Assembly (NCBI GenBank): GCA_964390265.1
Contig: CAYMHI010000003.1
Location: forward strand, 1,332 to 65,331
Source of the DNA: an uncultured Candidatus Saccharibacteria bacterium
Lineage (GTDB): Bacteria; Patescibacteriota; Saccharimonadia; CAILAD01; BJGX01
Direction: 5' to 3'
DNA: 64,000 nucleotides
A program made the translations under genes and the position numbers. Below the pieces are notes generated by a model. The model saw nothing but the letters and a program-made list of their open reading frames with translations. It made no database searches and was not told where the DNA came from. Shown here in pieces: positions 9,897 to 20,475 of this stretch. Position 1 is the stretch's first letter; every line of letters starts with the position of its first letter.

Positions 9897-10748
9897 ATGA
9901 ATATACAAGAATTATCATATAATAGCAATAGTTATCCGCAGCTTTTAAGCAACATATCATCACCGCCCAAAAAACTCTACTGCTTAGGGCAAATTCCTGA
10001 CTTACCTATGGTGGCAATTGTTGGTAGCCGTAAACCAAGTAATTATGGCGAACAAATGACCCACCAATTAGCCTACGACCTCGCCAGTGCTGGAATGTGC
10101 ATAGTAAGTGGCTTAGCCTACGGCGTAGATGCAATTGCGCACCGTGCCGCACTTGAGGCTGGTGGAAAAGTAGTGGCCGTACTGGGCACACCACTAGACA
10201 CTATCTACCCAGCAGCCAATAGAGATCTCGCCAAAAAAATACTTGGCCATGGAGGAGCCATATTAAGTGAATACGAGGTAGGTACCAATACTCAACGATT
10301 TAATTTTCCGGCTCGCAATAGAATAATAGCTGGCTTAAGCTTAGCCACCATTATCACCGAGGCTAATGCCCAGAGCGGCAGCCTTATAACCGCTAATTTT
10401 GCCATCACTAACGATAGGTTGGTAATGGCCGTACCAGGTAACCTCACCAGCCCACGAAGTGCTGGGCCCAATAATCTCATTAAACTAGGCGCCAAACTAA
10501 TTACCGATGCCACCGATGTGCTAGCCGAACTAGAACTCAAAAGTAGTGTATTGCAGGCCAAAAAGATTGCTCCCGCTAGTAAAGAGGAGGCTATAGTATC
10601 CGAACTAATCGCCGCAGGGCATAACAACACTCATACCATGATAGAAAATAGTGAGTTTGATGCCGCCCGGCTTGCACATGTTCTTAGCCTAATGGAGATT
10701 ACTGGCAAGATACGTAATCTTGGTGCCGGACAGTGGATGTTGAATTAA
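9897..10748 (+). CDS. dprA: DNA-processing protein DprA/Smf
   Basis: AIVGSR, VSGLAYGVD, FPARNRIIAGLS, SGSLITA, VPG; start reassigned to 9897. Confidence 0.95.
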   Translation: MNIQELSYNSNSYPQLLSNISSPPKKLYCLGQIPDLPMVAIVGSRKPSNYGEQMTHQLAYDLASAGMCIVSGLAYGVDAIAHRAALEAGGKVVAVLGTPLDTIYPAANRDLAKKILGHGGAILSEYEVGTNTQRFNFPARNRIIAGLSLATIITEANAQSGSLITANFAITNDRLVMAVPGNLTSPRSAGPNNLIKLGAKLITDATDVLAELELKSSVLQAKKIAPASKEEAIVSELIAAGHNNTHTMIENSEFDAARLAHVLSLMEITGKIRNLGAGQWMLN

Positions 10749-10817
10749 GTATTTACTAATTAATCTTAAAGTGATATTATAGCCCAGTTATTTAGCACCT
10801 ACTGAAGAGAGATCACT

Positions 10818-11240
10818 ATGAAAGCCTTTGTAGCATATCGCCATACCGGTGAAGATCCAGTCAAGCTGAGGCAATACATGTCAGCTCTACAATTTGCTTC
10901 TCAACAATCAGGGCTTGAGTATTACTGCACCTACTTTGATGAAAACGTTTTTCAAGACAGACTGATGGGGCCGCGCGATATCATGCACCACGCTTTTAAC
11001 ACAATCAAGAACGAGTGCGATTTCTTACTCGTTATTCTGGCCTCTGACGAAAAAAGTGAAGGCATGCTAATGGAGGTGGGCTACTGCATCGCCAACAACA
11101 TCCCGGTGGTCGTGGTTGTCTCAACCGAAGTTCAGAATTCGTACTTGCCCGAACTAGCCAATCAAGTATTTTGGTGGACACAAATTGGCGAGCTAGAGGA
11201 GGCTTTGACTAGGGTCGACATTCGGCACCTGGTCAAGTAA
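10818..11240 (+). CDS. Nucleoside 2-deoxyribosyltransferase-like protein
   Basis: F.AY N-terminus, CDFLLV, SEGMLMEVGY motif; stand-alone unit (TTTACT-17-TATTAT, GCACCTA box). Confidence 0.65.
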   Translation: MKAFVAYRHTGEDPVKLRQYMSALQFASQQSGLEYYCTYFDENVFQDRLMGPRDIMHHAFNTIKNECDFLLVILASDEKSEGMLMEVGYCIANNIPVVVVVSTEVQNSYLPELANQVFWWTQIGELEEALTRVDIRHLVK

Positions 11241-11246
11241 CTTATT

Positions 11247-11268
11247 CACCCCTTAGCGGGGTGTTTTT
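11247..11268 (+). terminator. Intrinsic terminator
   Basis: CACCCC-ttagc-GGGGTG-TTTTT. Confidence 0.8.
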
Positions 11269-11303
11269 ATTTTGTTATAAATAGTTTGCTATAATGAGTC
11301 TAT

Positions 11304-13133
11304 ATGTGTGGAATAGTTGGCTGTACAGGCAATAAGCAAGCAGGCCCAATTTTGTTGGAAGGCTTAAAGCGCTTGGAGTACCGAGGCTATGACTCGGCGG
11401 GAATTGCGACTATAGCCTCTGGCAAGTTATCAATTGTTAAAGAAAAAGGTAAACTCGATAATCTCAAGTTATCTCTCTCTAAGAAACCTCTAAAAGGTAA
11501 TGTTGGGATTGGTCACACCCGTTGGGCCACCCATGGGGAGCCATCAAAGCTTAATGCGCACCCACATGTAGCCGGCAATACCATCGCAGTAGTTCATAAT
11601 GGAATAATAGAAAACTATTCCGAACTCAAAAAATCACTATACAAGAAAGGCTATAAATTCCTAAGTGACACCGACAGCGAGGTAATAGCCTGGCTTATTT
11701 ATGATTATTACCTTAAATCTAAAGATATATTGAAGGCATCTCAACAATGTGTAGCCCAATTAGAAGGAACTTTTGGCATCTTGGTAATTTGCAAAGATCT
11801 ACCAGACACAATCGTAGCAATACGTCGAGGCAGCCCGCTACTTATAGGGATCGGCAAAAACGAAATATATTTTGCCAGCGACACTAACGCGATAGTAAAT
11901 TACACAAACAAAATAGTATACCTTAAAGACAATGAGTTGGCCGTATGTGAAGGTGGTGACTACCAAATAATAGATTTTGAAAATAATATACAAAAGCGCG
12001 ATGTAAACCGTATTGATACCTCGAGCGCAATCATTAAGAAGGGTGGATATAAACACTTTTTATTAAAAGAAATAATGGAACAGCCAGAAGTAATAATAAA
12101 TGCTACCCGGGGTAGACTAAGACCGCAAGAAGGTAGCGCCGTTTTGGGTGGAATCAATTTGACTCCTAATAGACTAAATCGATTTGATAGGTTATTAACA
12201 ATAGGCTGTGGCAGCGCTTACTATGCGGGATTGCTAGGTAAGTACATATTAGAGCGTATCGCCCTTGTACCAGTAGACATAGAATACGCGTCAGAGTTTC
12301 GCTACCGTCAGCCAGTTATTAATAAAAACACCTTGGCATTGATTATAAGCCAATCTGGCGAAACGGCCGACAGCTTGGCGAGCCTACAAGAACTCAAGCG
12401 AAAAAACATATTTACACTTGGCATAATCAATACGGTAGGCTCAACAATTGCTCGTGAGGTAGATGGCGGCACCTACATTCACGCCGGGCCAGAAATATCG
12501 GTGGCATCTACCAAAGCCTTTAGTGCTCAGGTAATTGTGCAAACTATGTTGGCCATTCAGATTGCTAGAGGTAAAACTATGAATATTACAGAAGGCCAGG
12601 CCATAGTTAAGGCTATATCTCTGCTACCGGAGCTGATCCAAAAAGTGCTTGATGCAAAAAAGCAAATTGAAATAATTGCCAAAAAGGTAGCAAAATACAA
12701 TGATGTGTTTTATTTGGGTAGAGATTTGTTGTACCCAATTGCTCTTGAGGGTTCTCTTAAACTAAAAGAAATTAGCTATATACATGCCGAGGCCTACCCA
12801 GCCGGCGAGATGAAGCACGGGCCAATTGCTTTAATCGACAAAAATTTCTTAAGCGTGTTTTTGTGCCCCCAAAATAGCACTTACTCAAAGACTCTAAGTA
12901 ACCTTGAGGAAACCAAAGCCCGTGGTGGTGAGGCGGTAATAGTTGCCAGCGAGGGAGATAAAGAGGTAACTAAGCACTCAACTAATATTATTAGCATTCC
13001 AGTTTGCGATGAGCTTATACAGCCACTGGTTGTAAATGTTGCATTGCAACTCTTTGCTTACTTTGTGGCAGTAGAACGTGGCACCGATGTAGATCAACCC
13101 CGCAACTTAGCCAAAAGTGTCACAGTAGAGTAG
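11304..13133 (+). CDS. glmS: Glutamine--fructose-6-phosphate aminotransferase
   Basis: MCGIVG, LEYRGYDSAG, GHTRWATHG, SQSGET, PRNLAKSVTVE. Confidence 0.98.
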   Translation: MCGIVGCTGNKQAGPILLEGLKRLEYRGYDSAGIATIASGKLSIVKEKGKLDNLKLSLSKKPLKGNVGIGHTRWATHGEPSKLNAHPHVAGNTIAVVHNGIIENYSELKKSLYKKGYKFLSDTDSEVIAWLIYDYYLKSKDILKASQQCVAQLEGTFGILVICKDLPDTIVAIRRGSPLLIGIGKNEIYFASDTNAIVNYTNKIVYLKDNELAVCEGGDYQIIDFENNIQKRDVNRIDTSSAIIKKGGYKHFLLKEIMEQPEVIINATRGRLRPQEGSAVLGGINLTPNRLNRFDRLLTIGCGSAYYAGLLGKYILERIALVPVDIEYASEFRYRQPVINKNTLALIISQSGETADSLASLQELKRKNIFTLGIINTVGSTIAREVDGGTYIHAGPEISVASTKAFSAQVIVQTMLAIQIARGKTMNITEGQAIVKAISLLPELIQKVLDAKKQIEIIAKKVAKYNDVFYLGRDLLYPIALEGSLKLKEISYIHAEAYPAGEMKHGPIALIDKNFLSVFLCPQNSTYSKTLSNLEETKARGGEAVIVASEGDKEVTKHSTNIISIPVCDELIQPLVVNVALQLFAYFVAVERGTDVDQPRNLAKSVTVE

Positions 13134-13204
13134 TTACACAGATTGACTATCGTATAAATTACTATATAATCTGTAGCGTAAATGCACCTACGAGGGGAGA
13201 GAAT

Positions 13205-13648
13205 ATGTGGTTTAAGTCTAGTGACAAGAGACTTATTGATGTTTCGAGTTGCTCATTGCAACTTATGGCAGACCCTAATGGCAAATGGGGAGATCAAGCA
13301 ATCATGCTTAGCGGCCCTTTTCAACGAGCCCTGTTTACAGACAGGCATATTCGGCGACATAACACCGCGATCGTGACAGAAATCACTATGGCCGACGTAT
13401 GGCTAGCTCTCGAGCAGCTATTGCAGGAGGGACTCAACATTGTTGCCGAAAACGACGAGCAAGTTCTTGATAGAGCCCAGGCTATTGTAGATGCCAGCAC
13501 AGTAAAAACAAATTCATCAAGTGTAGCTAATGCGCCACCCGACACTTTCTCAATGGTAATTCATACCACTTATGGACCAGTACGTGGCACTTTCCTGGCC
13601 GATCCACTCGTTGACGCCAAAACCGAACCCGGAGAAGGCGACTCGTAA
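13205..13648 (+). CDS. Orphan protein (MW-start family, copy 1)
   Basis: TTGACT-16-TATAAT, GCACCTA box, GGGGAG SD, terminator at 13655-13681. Confidence 0.7.
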   Translation: MWFKSSDKRLIDVSSCSLQLMADPNGKWGDQAIMLSGPFQRALFTDRHIRRHNTAIVTEITMADVWLALEQLLQEGLNIVAENDEQVLDRAQAIVDASTVKTNSSSVANAPPDTFSMVIHTTYGPVRGTFLADPLVDAKTEPGEGDS

Positions 13649-13654
13649 CGACTT

Positions 13655-13681
13655 AGCTCAACTGTTTTGGTTGGGCTTTTT
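13655..13681 (+). terminator. Intrinsic terminator
   Basis: AGCTCAACT/GGTTGGGCT stem followed by a T tract. Confidence 0.7.
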
Positions 13682-13750
13682 ATTTACAAATGCAGTTATT
13701 TATATATAATAGTCACCAGCTATAATACCCCAGCGAAAGAGAGCTAGAAA

Positions 13751-14050
13751 ATGTGGCTACTAACTAAAGACAATTTTGCAATCAACTTGGCTACCGGCGC
13801 CAAATTGTACGTTACAGATCTACCAGTATCAAGGTTTAAAGCAATTTGCCTGGTACTTCCAGGCGAAAAGGAGATGAGAATCTGGCACGAAGGTAATATT
13901 GAAGCCTACCTAGCTGAAGAAGATAGAGTTAGCAAAGTATCTATCTATGATGTCTTTGGTGAGCTGGTAGGCTGCCTACGTAGGGGCGATGGCTTTAGAG
14001 AAATAGGTGAAGTTGTTGAGCTAGCAATAACAGCTATTAACTTGGAATAG
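13751..14050 (+). CDS. Orphan protein (MW-start family, copy 2)
   Basis: TTTACA-16-TATAAT, AGAGAG SD, terminator at 14069-14096. Confidence 0.7.
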   Translation: MWLLTKDNFAINLATGAKLYVTDLPVSRFKAICLVLPGEKEMRIWHEGNIEAYLAEEDRVSKVSIYDVFGELVGCLRRGDGFREIGEVVELAITAINLE

Positions 14051-14068
14051 TCTAAACAAATTTTTACT

Positions 14069-14096
14069 CCGTCTACGTCTAAGTAGTCGGTTTTTT
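14069..14096 (+). terminator. Intrinsic terminator
   Basis: CCGTCTAC/GTAGTCGG stem followed by T6. Confidence 0.65.
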
Positions 14097-14189
14097 ATTT
14101 GACAAAATATATTTATGTCTGTTAGTATCGGCAACTCATGCAATAACTTGCAATTATTATATTAAAGCGTTAGCATAATACAAACTCTT

Positions 14190-16499
14190 ATGGCAAAAAA
14201 ATTACTTATAGTAGAATCACCGGCAAAAGCCAAAACAATCGAAAAGTACCTGGGCTCAGACTACCAGGTGCTTTCAAGCTACGGCCATATACGTGATCTG
14301 CCCAAAAGTGGTATGAGTATAGATATAGAACATAATTTTGAGCCCAACTACGAGATTCCGCCAGAGTCAAAAAAAACTATAGCAGCTCTTAAAAAAGCCA
14401 CCAAAGACAAAGAAGTACTGCTAGCCACCGATGAAGACCGAGAGGGAGAAGCTATAAGTTGGCATTTGTGCGAGGCCCTAAAGCTGGACCCTAAAAGCAC
14501 TAAACGAATTGTGTTTCACGAAATCACCAAAAAAGCTTTAATAGAAGCGGTTAATAACCCTCGCAAAGTAGACTTAAATTTAGTAAATGCCCAACAAGCT
14601 CGTCGAGTATTAGATAGATTGGTCGGATACGAATTGAGCCCGGTGATATGGAAAAAAATCCGCCCTGGTCTAAGTGCTGGTAGAGTTCAGTCTGTCGCGG
14701 TGCGCTTTATAGTAGAACGCGAACGAGAAATTGAAAGTTACGTTGCGACATCTACTTATAGAGTATCTGCCGAGTTTAATCTTGGTAAAGACGGGTTATT
14801 GCTGGCCGAACTCAAAGACAAACTAGCATCACTACAAGAGGCTAATGACTTTTTGGACTCCTTAAAAAAAGCTAAGTTTACCGTGTCAGCTCTAGAGAAA
14901 AAACCTGGAAAAAAATCACCTTCACCGCCTTTTACTACCTCAACTCTCCAGCAAGCTGCTAGCTCACAACTCGGCTTTTCGGTGCGTCAAACCATGGTGC
15001 TGGCTCAGAAATTATATGAGGCTGGTAAGATTACCTATATGCGTACCGACTCACTCAATTTATCTGAGGCCTCTATAAAACACGCCGTCGATGAAATCAA
15101 AAAAAACTTTGGAGATAAATATGTAAAAACAAGGCGGTTTAAAACTAAATCGGCCGGTGCTCAAGAGGCCCATGAGGCTATTAGGCCAACGGATTTTTCT
15201 GTTGAAAAGGGCAGTGAAGACTCTGGCCAGCAACGATTATATAAACTCATACGAGCGCGTGCTCTGGCCTCACAAATGGCCGAGGCAGTGATTGAGCGAT
15301 CGGTAGTTACTATTAGCATTAGTAACTCTAAGCGTGTTTTTGTCGCCAAAGGCGAGATAGTAGTGTTTGATGGCTTTTTAAAAGTTTATGGAAAAATGGT
15401 GGATGATATTATTTTGCCGCCTCTTAGCAATGGCCAGAAGCTCGAAGCTCAAACAATCACTGCTCGTGAGACTTTTGATAGACCGCCTGCTAGATACACC
15501 GAGGCTAGCTTGGTAAAAAAACTTGAGGCTGAAGGAATAGGCCGACCAAGCACCTATGCACCTACTATTTCCACTATCCAATACCGTGAGTACGTAGTTA
15601 AAGAAAGTCGCGATGGAGAACCAAGAGAAGTGAATGTTGTTACACTTTCCAACAATAAGCTCGATAACATTATCGAGCAAGAGAATTACGGCGTTGAAAA
15701 AAATAAGCTATTCCCAACCGATACCGGTAAGGTGGTTACGGACTTTTTAGTCAAGTATTTCCCATCTATAGTAGACTATAGTTTTACCGCTAAGGTAGAG
15801 GAGGAATTTGATAAAATTGCCGAAGGTGACGAAAAATGGAACACCATGATTGCCGATTTTTACAAACCATTTCATAAATTAGTGGTTAAATCTGAAGACA
15901 TTTCGCGCCACGATGCCAACCAGGGTAGAGTGCTTGGTAAAGACCCCAAATCAGGTAAGCCAGTGATTGCGAGGCTAGGTAAATATGGAGCAATGATTCA
16001 AATAGGCCAAGCCGAGGACGAGGAAAAACCAAAATTTGCTCCTATGCCGGCCGGCAAACAGCTTGCCGACGTAACACTGCAAGAAGCTCTTAAGATGTTT
16101 GAGTTGCCTAGAGTGGTAGGGAATACACCTGAAGGTGAAGAGATTACCGCTAATTTTGGCCGGTTTGGACCGTATGTGAAGTTTGGTAGTACTTTTGTTT
16201 CTATAAAGGGCGATGATCCATTTTCTATAACTTTAAAAAAAGCCCTGGAACTCATTGCAGCAAAGAAAAAAGCCGATAAAGAAAAGGTAATCAACACCTT
16301 TGAAAAAGAAGGTATATCGGTTTTAAATGGTCGATATGGTCCATATATTACAGATGGTAAAACCAACGTAAAAATACCTAAAGATGTTGAACCTAAAACC
16401 ATTACAGCAAAGAAAGCTCAAGAGCTACTAGTAAATAAACCTGTTGGCAGGCAGTCCAAAAGAAAGCCAGCTACGAAAAAGGCAACAAAAAAGCGTTGA
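14190..16499 (+). CDS. topA: DNA topoisomerase I (type IA) with C-terminal repeats and no Zn ribbons
   Basis: IVESPAKAKTI, DEDREGE, GRVQS, ITYMRTDS, GIGRPSTYA; GRFGPY/GRYGPY repeats; Lys-rich tail. Confidence 0.97.
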   Translation: MAKKLLIVESPAKAKTIEKYLGSDYQVLSSYGHIRDLPKSGMSIDIEHNFEPNYEIPPESKKTIAALKKATKDKEVLLATDEDREGEAISWHLCEALKLDPKSTKRIVFHEITKKALIEAVNNPRKVDLNLVNAQQARRVLDRLVGYELSPVIWKKIRPGLSAGRVQSVAVRFIVEREREIESYVATSTYRVSAEFNLGKDGLLLAELKDKLASLQEANDFLDSLKKAKFTVSALEKKPGKKSPSPPFTTSTLQQAASSQLGFSVRQTMVLAQKLYEAGKITYMRTDSLNLSEASIKHAVDEIKKNFGDKYVKTRRFKTKSAGAQEAHEAIRPTDFSVEKGSEDSGQQRLYKLIRARALASQMAEAVIERSVVTISISNSKRVFVAKGEIVVFDGFLKVYGKMVDDIILPPLSNGQKLEAQTITARETFDRPPARYTEASLVKKLEAEGIGRPSTYAPTISTIQYREYVVKESRDGEPREVNVVTLSNNKLDNIIEQENYGVEKNKLFPTDTGKVVTDFLVKYFPSIVDYSFTAKVEEEFDKIAEGDEKWNTMIADFYKPFHKLVVKSEDISRHDANQGRVLGKDPKSGKPVIARLGKYGAMIQIGQAEDEEKPKFAPMPAGKQLADVTLQEALKMFELPRVVGNTPEGEEITANFGRFGPYVKFGSTFVSIKGDDPFSITLKKALELIAAKKKADKEKVINTFEKEGISVLNGRYGPYITDGKTNVKIPKDVEPKTITAKKAQELLVNKPVGRQSKRKPATKKATKKR

Positions 16500-16524
16500 C
16501 CTTATACAACTAAAGTGATATAAT
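16496..16524 (+). promoter_or_regulatory. sigma70 promoter
   Basis: TTGACC-17-TATAAT with TGn extension. Confidence 0.7.
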
Positions 16525-16621
16525 TTAACTAAGTAATTTGTTAATTTGTCATATGTAGTATATGGACTTTAATAAATCTGCAAAATATTATCATTGTTAT
16601 AATTAATAGGAACGTAAACTT

Positions 16622-17689
16622 ATGCCAATTAAGAAACAAAATGTAAGTCAAAAACAGCTAGATTCACTTATTAATGACAGTCTTGAGTTACTCAAAAAAG
16701 ACCGAGATAGAGAGATATTACTACGACGCTACGGTGTAGCCACTGGTAAAACCCAAACTCTAGAACAAATTGGCCAAGACTTAGGCATTACTCGTGAACG
16801 TGTTCGACAGATAGAGAAGGCAGCTATCACCAAGATTCGCGAGCAAGCTCGTCACGATCATGAACTAAATGACATATTAGTAGCTATTACCAATGAAAAG
16901 GGCGGAATAATTGGCTTCGCCTCGCTAATAAATGAACTCGGCCTTGATGGAAAGCAACGTCCGCACTTAAGTTTTTTACTCAAACTTAACCCCAACTTTA
17001 CCTTTTTAGACCGTAGTGATCAGCACGCTGATTTGGTGTTTCTAAGTGACAGCTACAAAGAGGATGGGGTACGTAAATTACACGAACAAATCATAACTGT
17101 CGCCAAAGAGAGTGGCAAACCAGTTAAATTTGATAAATTAGTCAGTAAAATTAGCGGTGAGCACAAAACACAATCACTGCAAGAGCTAGCAGCGGCCAGC
17201 ACCCAGTTAGCTCAACTAGATAACGTATGGGGGTTAAGCATATGGCCTGAGGTCAACCCTAAAAGCATTCGTGACAAAATATATTTGGTACTCAAAAAGG
17301 GTGGTCGCCCAATGCACTTTACCGAAATTTCTACAAAAATAGAGGTAATGCCTGCCAACCCCAAAAAAGTTACTACTCAAGCCGTGCACAATGAGCTTAT
17401 TAAAGACTCTAGATTCGTGCTGATTGGTCGAGGTATTTACGCACTAGGCGAATGGGGCTATCAAAGCGGCACGGTTGCCGATATAATTGAAGAAGTACTA
17501 CGAGAAAATTCACCAATTAGCAGAGAAGATATTATTACTCAAGTTTTGGCTCGCAGACAAGTCAAAACTACCACTATCACGCTAAATCTGCAAGAAAAAC
17601 CGCAATTCGTACGTACCAGCAATGGCGATTATCAGCTCAAAAAGGGCTATAAGCCCAGCCCTAGCAAAAGCCGTCGCGGCGGTCGGTAA
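16622..17689 (+). CDS. Sigma70 region-4 HTH fused to HARE-HTH/RNAP delta-like domains
   Basis: TLEQIG..LGITRERVRQIE; PMHFTEI, VHNELIKDSRFVLIGRGIYAL.EWGY. Confidence 0.8.
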   Translation: MPIKKQNVSQKQLDSLINDSLELLKKDRDREILLRRYGVATGKTQTLEQIGQDLGITRERVRQIEKAAITKIREQARHDHELNDILVAITNEKGGIIGFASLINELGLDGKQRPHLSFLLKLNPNFTFLDRSDQHADLVFLSDSYKEDGVRKLHEQIITVAKESGKPVKFDKLVSKISGEHKTQSLQELAAASTQLAQLDNVWGLSIWPEVNPKSIRDKIYLVLKKGGRPMHFTEISTKIEVMPANPKKVTTQAVHNELIKDSRFVLIGRGIYALGEWGYQSGTVADIIEEVLRENSPISREDIITQVLARRQVKTTTITLNLQEKPQFVRTSNGDYQLKKGYKPSPSKSRRGGR

Positions 17690-17757
17690 CTAAAAGCCGA
17701 TTACAAATTTTTATATATTTACCTTAACTTGTTCCGTCTTATTTTAAATAGCACCTC

Positions 17758-20475
17758 ATGAATACTTTGCTCTCATTTATTTCAACTTCTATAGCCGTGA
17801 TTGGTACAATTCTTTTTCAGTTTTGGGGCTGGACGCTAATTGCTGCATATCTTATATTTATGATATGGAAGAATAACCAAAAAGTTGAGTACATCAAAAC
17901 ATCCGAACATAATCTACTCCACATAGTGGTTCCCAAAGATAACGAAAAAAAAGAACTCTCGGCCGAGCAAATGTTTGCCAGCCTACACGGCATATTGCAA
18001 TCTACTAGCGAGTTAACCCAAGAGAAACGCATACAAGACCATATAAGTTTTGAAATTGTCGCTCGCGACTCAGTAATTCATTTTTACGTATGGACGCCCA
18101 AACAACTTAAAGACTTTGTGACTAGCCAAATCTATGCACAATATCCTACCGTGCAAATTAGTGAGATGGCTCATGACTATGCCGAGCAAGAAGGTTTAGA
18201 CCCCAACCGAGTATATTCTACCGAGATTACCCTTATTAAAGACGAAATATTTCCTATAAGAACTTTTCAAACCTTTGAGGTTGACCCCTTGGCTGGCCTA
18301 ACGACCGTGTTGGCCTCAATAACCGAAGGTGAACAGTTGTGGATTCAATTCTTGATGGAGCCAGTAGATGATAGCTGGCACAAAAAAAGTCTGCAATACA
18401 TTAGTGAGATAGTGAATGGTAAAAAACCCGGTAGATTCGAGAATCTTGGTGCTAAATCGTTGGTAGCTATTAAGGCTCTCTCGGTACCACCCAGCGTTCA
18501 AGCCGCCAATGATAAAAAACCCGAAAAAAAAGAGCTTAGTCCTGGGCAAACTACACTCAACTCTGCTATCGAAACTAAGGCCGAAAAGCTCGGCTACGCT
18601 GTAAAAATTAGAGCTGTCTACGTTGGCGACAACGACACTGCCGCCAAAACTCGTATGCAAGCTCTCGTAGGAGGCTTTAAGCAATTCAACACGATTAACC
18701 TAAATGGTTTTACTAATACTGGTCTACTTAACGGCGAGGCCGCTTTAAAACAGTATCAAGAGCGTGAATTTGATGATGCCGGATATGTACTGAATATTGA
18801 AGAAATTGCAAGTCTTTATCACTTACCGCACACCAGTGTAGAGACTCCAGGTGTGGCCTACACTAGCACCAAGGTGGGAGAGCCGCCCAGCAATCTACCA
18901 ACCGTTAACAACACTCCAGCTAAGGATATAAGCTTGTTTGGTGTTACCACATTTAGGCAAGCTAATATTAAGTTTGGTATCAAACGCGAAGATCGCAAAC
19001 GTCATATGTATATCATTGGTAAATCCGGAAGTGGTAAATCATTCTTGCTTAATCTTTTAACCCTATCTGACATCTACCATAACGAAGGTTTTGCAGTAGT
19101 CGACCCTCACGGCGATTATGCTCAAGATATGTTGCGCTACATACCCGAACACCGCCTAGACGATGTAGTATACTTCAACCCCGCCGATGGTGAATTTCCG
19201 GTGGCCTTTAATCCAATGGAAGTTTATGATGTCAATCGCCGAAGCAACGTTGCCTCCGAAATTGTTGGGGTACTGAAAAAAATGTTTGGTGACAGTTGGG
19301 GGCCACGACTTGAGCATATCTTGCGCTATACACTACTTGCATTACTAGAAACCCCTAACACAACCCTCTTGGGCATTACCAGAATGCTAACCGATAAAAA
19401 ATATCGAAATGAAATAATTGCTAACGTTCAAGACCCGGTTGTAAAAGCCTTTTGGATAAATGAATTTGCCAGCTGGAACGATAAATTCGCCTCTGAGGCT
19501 GTAGCGCCGGTACTTAACAAGGTTGGAGCTTTCACTGCCAACCCTTTAATTCGTAATGTTATTGGTCAAGAAAAAAGTACCTTTAGTATTCGTAAAATGA
19601 TGGATGAAGGCAAGATCTTAATTGTCGATCTTAGTCGCGGTAAAATAGGTGAAGACAATGCCAGTATATTAGGTAGTCTACTGATTACAAAGATTCAGCT
19701 TGATGCTATGAGCCGAGCCGATATACCTAATATTGATGATCGCCGGCCGTTTTATCTATATGTCGACGAATTTCAAAATTTTGCTACTGAAAGTTTTGCC
19801 GTAATTCTGTCTGAAGCTCGAAAATACGGACTGTATTTAACGGTAGCTAATCAATATATTGCCCAAATGCCCGAAGAAGTAAGGGATGCAGTATTTGGTA
19901 ATGTAGGTAGTATGATTACTTTTAGAGTGGGCGCCGAAGATGCTACTAGCTTAGCCCGTTACTTTGAACCTGTATTTGAGCCTCTAGATTTAGTAAATTT
20001 GGATAAACAAGATATATACGTTAGTATGAGCATTGACGGTCAAACTAGTCTGCCTTTCTCAGCAAAGACTCTATTTGTACCTAAATCTCCATCTGATCAA
20101 TCGGCTAAGATTTTGGAACTAAGTCGCCATAAATACTCAAGCGGTAAAGCCAGCGTAGAAGACGCTATCGCGAAATGGAGCGGTATGAATGAAGAAAAAC
20201 CTACCGATAACTCGGGTGGGGGATCAAATACCGAACAAAAAATTGCCGGTACCGCTGCTAGCTTGCCATCGCTTAGAGTGAGTGGAGCCGAGCCCAAAAA
20301 ATACAGCGAGATGGTAAAAGGTAAAAGTCAAAATATTAATAATCGCCAAAACCAACCTTATAGACCTAATAATAATCAAGGTGGTGGTCAACGCCGCGAC
20401 GACAACCGAAGGGGCAATAACTCTAGTAGCCAAGGCGGCCATAATAAACCATTCTACCCCAAAAAGAAAAACTAG
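17758..20475 (+). CDS. Membrane-anchored HerA/FtsK/VirD4-like ATPase (DUF87/TraD-like)
   Basis: N-terminal TM, GKSGSGKS Walker A, DPHGD, YVDEFQNF, SEARKY, ANQY. Confidence 0.85.
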   Translation: MNTLLSFISTSIAVIGTILFQFWGWTLIAAYLIFMIWKNNQKVEYIKTSEHNLLHIVVPKDNEKKELSAEQMFASLHGILQSTSELTQEKRIQDHISFEIVARDSVIHFYVWTPKQLKDFVTSQIYAQYPTVQISEMAHDYAEQEGLDPNRVYSTEITLIKDEIFPIRTFQTFEVDPLAGLTTVLASITEGEQLWIQFLMEPVDDSWHKKSLQYISEIVNGKKPGRFENLGAKSLVAIKALSVPPSVQAANDKKPEKKELSPGQTTLNSAIETKAEKLGYAVKIRAVYVGDNDTAAKTRMQALVGGFKQFNTINLNGFTNTGLLNGEAALKQYQEREFDDAGYVLNIEEIASLYHLPHTSVETPGVAYTSTKVGEPPSNLPTVNNTPAKDISLFGVTTFRQANIKFGIKREDRKRHMYIIGKSGSGKSFLLNLLTLSDIYHNEGFAVVDPHGDYAQDMLRYIPEHRLDDVVYFNPADGEFPVAFNPMEVYDVNRRSNVASEIVGVLKKMFGDSWGPRLEHILRYTLLALLETPNTTLLGITRMLTDKKYRNEIIANVQDPVVKAFWINEFASWNDKFASEAVAPVLNKVGAFTANPLIRNVIGQEKSTFSIRKMMDEGKILIVDLSRGKIGEDNASILGSLLITKIQLDAMSRADIPNIDDRRPFYLYVDEFQNFATESFAVILSEARKYGLYLTVANQYIAQMPEEVRDAVFGNVGSMITFRVGAEDATSLARYFEPVFEPLDLVNLDKQDIYVSMSIDGQTSLPFSAKTLFVPKSPSDQSAKILELSRHKYSSGKASVEDAIAKWSGMNEEKPTDNSGGGSNTEQKIAGTAASLPSLRVSGAEPKKYSEMVKGKSQNINNRQNQPYRPNNNQGGGQRRDDNRRGNNSSSQGGHNKPFYPKKKN

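Noticed and set aside
13656-13676. GCTCAAC...GTTGGGC resembles integron attC R''/R' boxes
   Set aside because: Boxes are only 7 nt apart (attC sites are much longer), no integrase is present, and it is better explained as a terminator.
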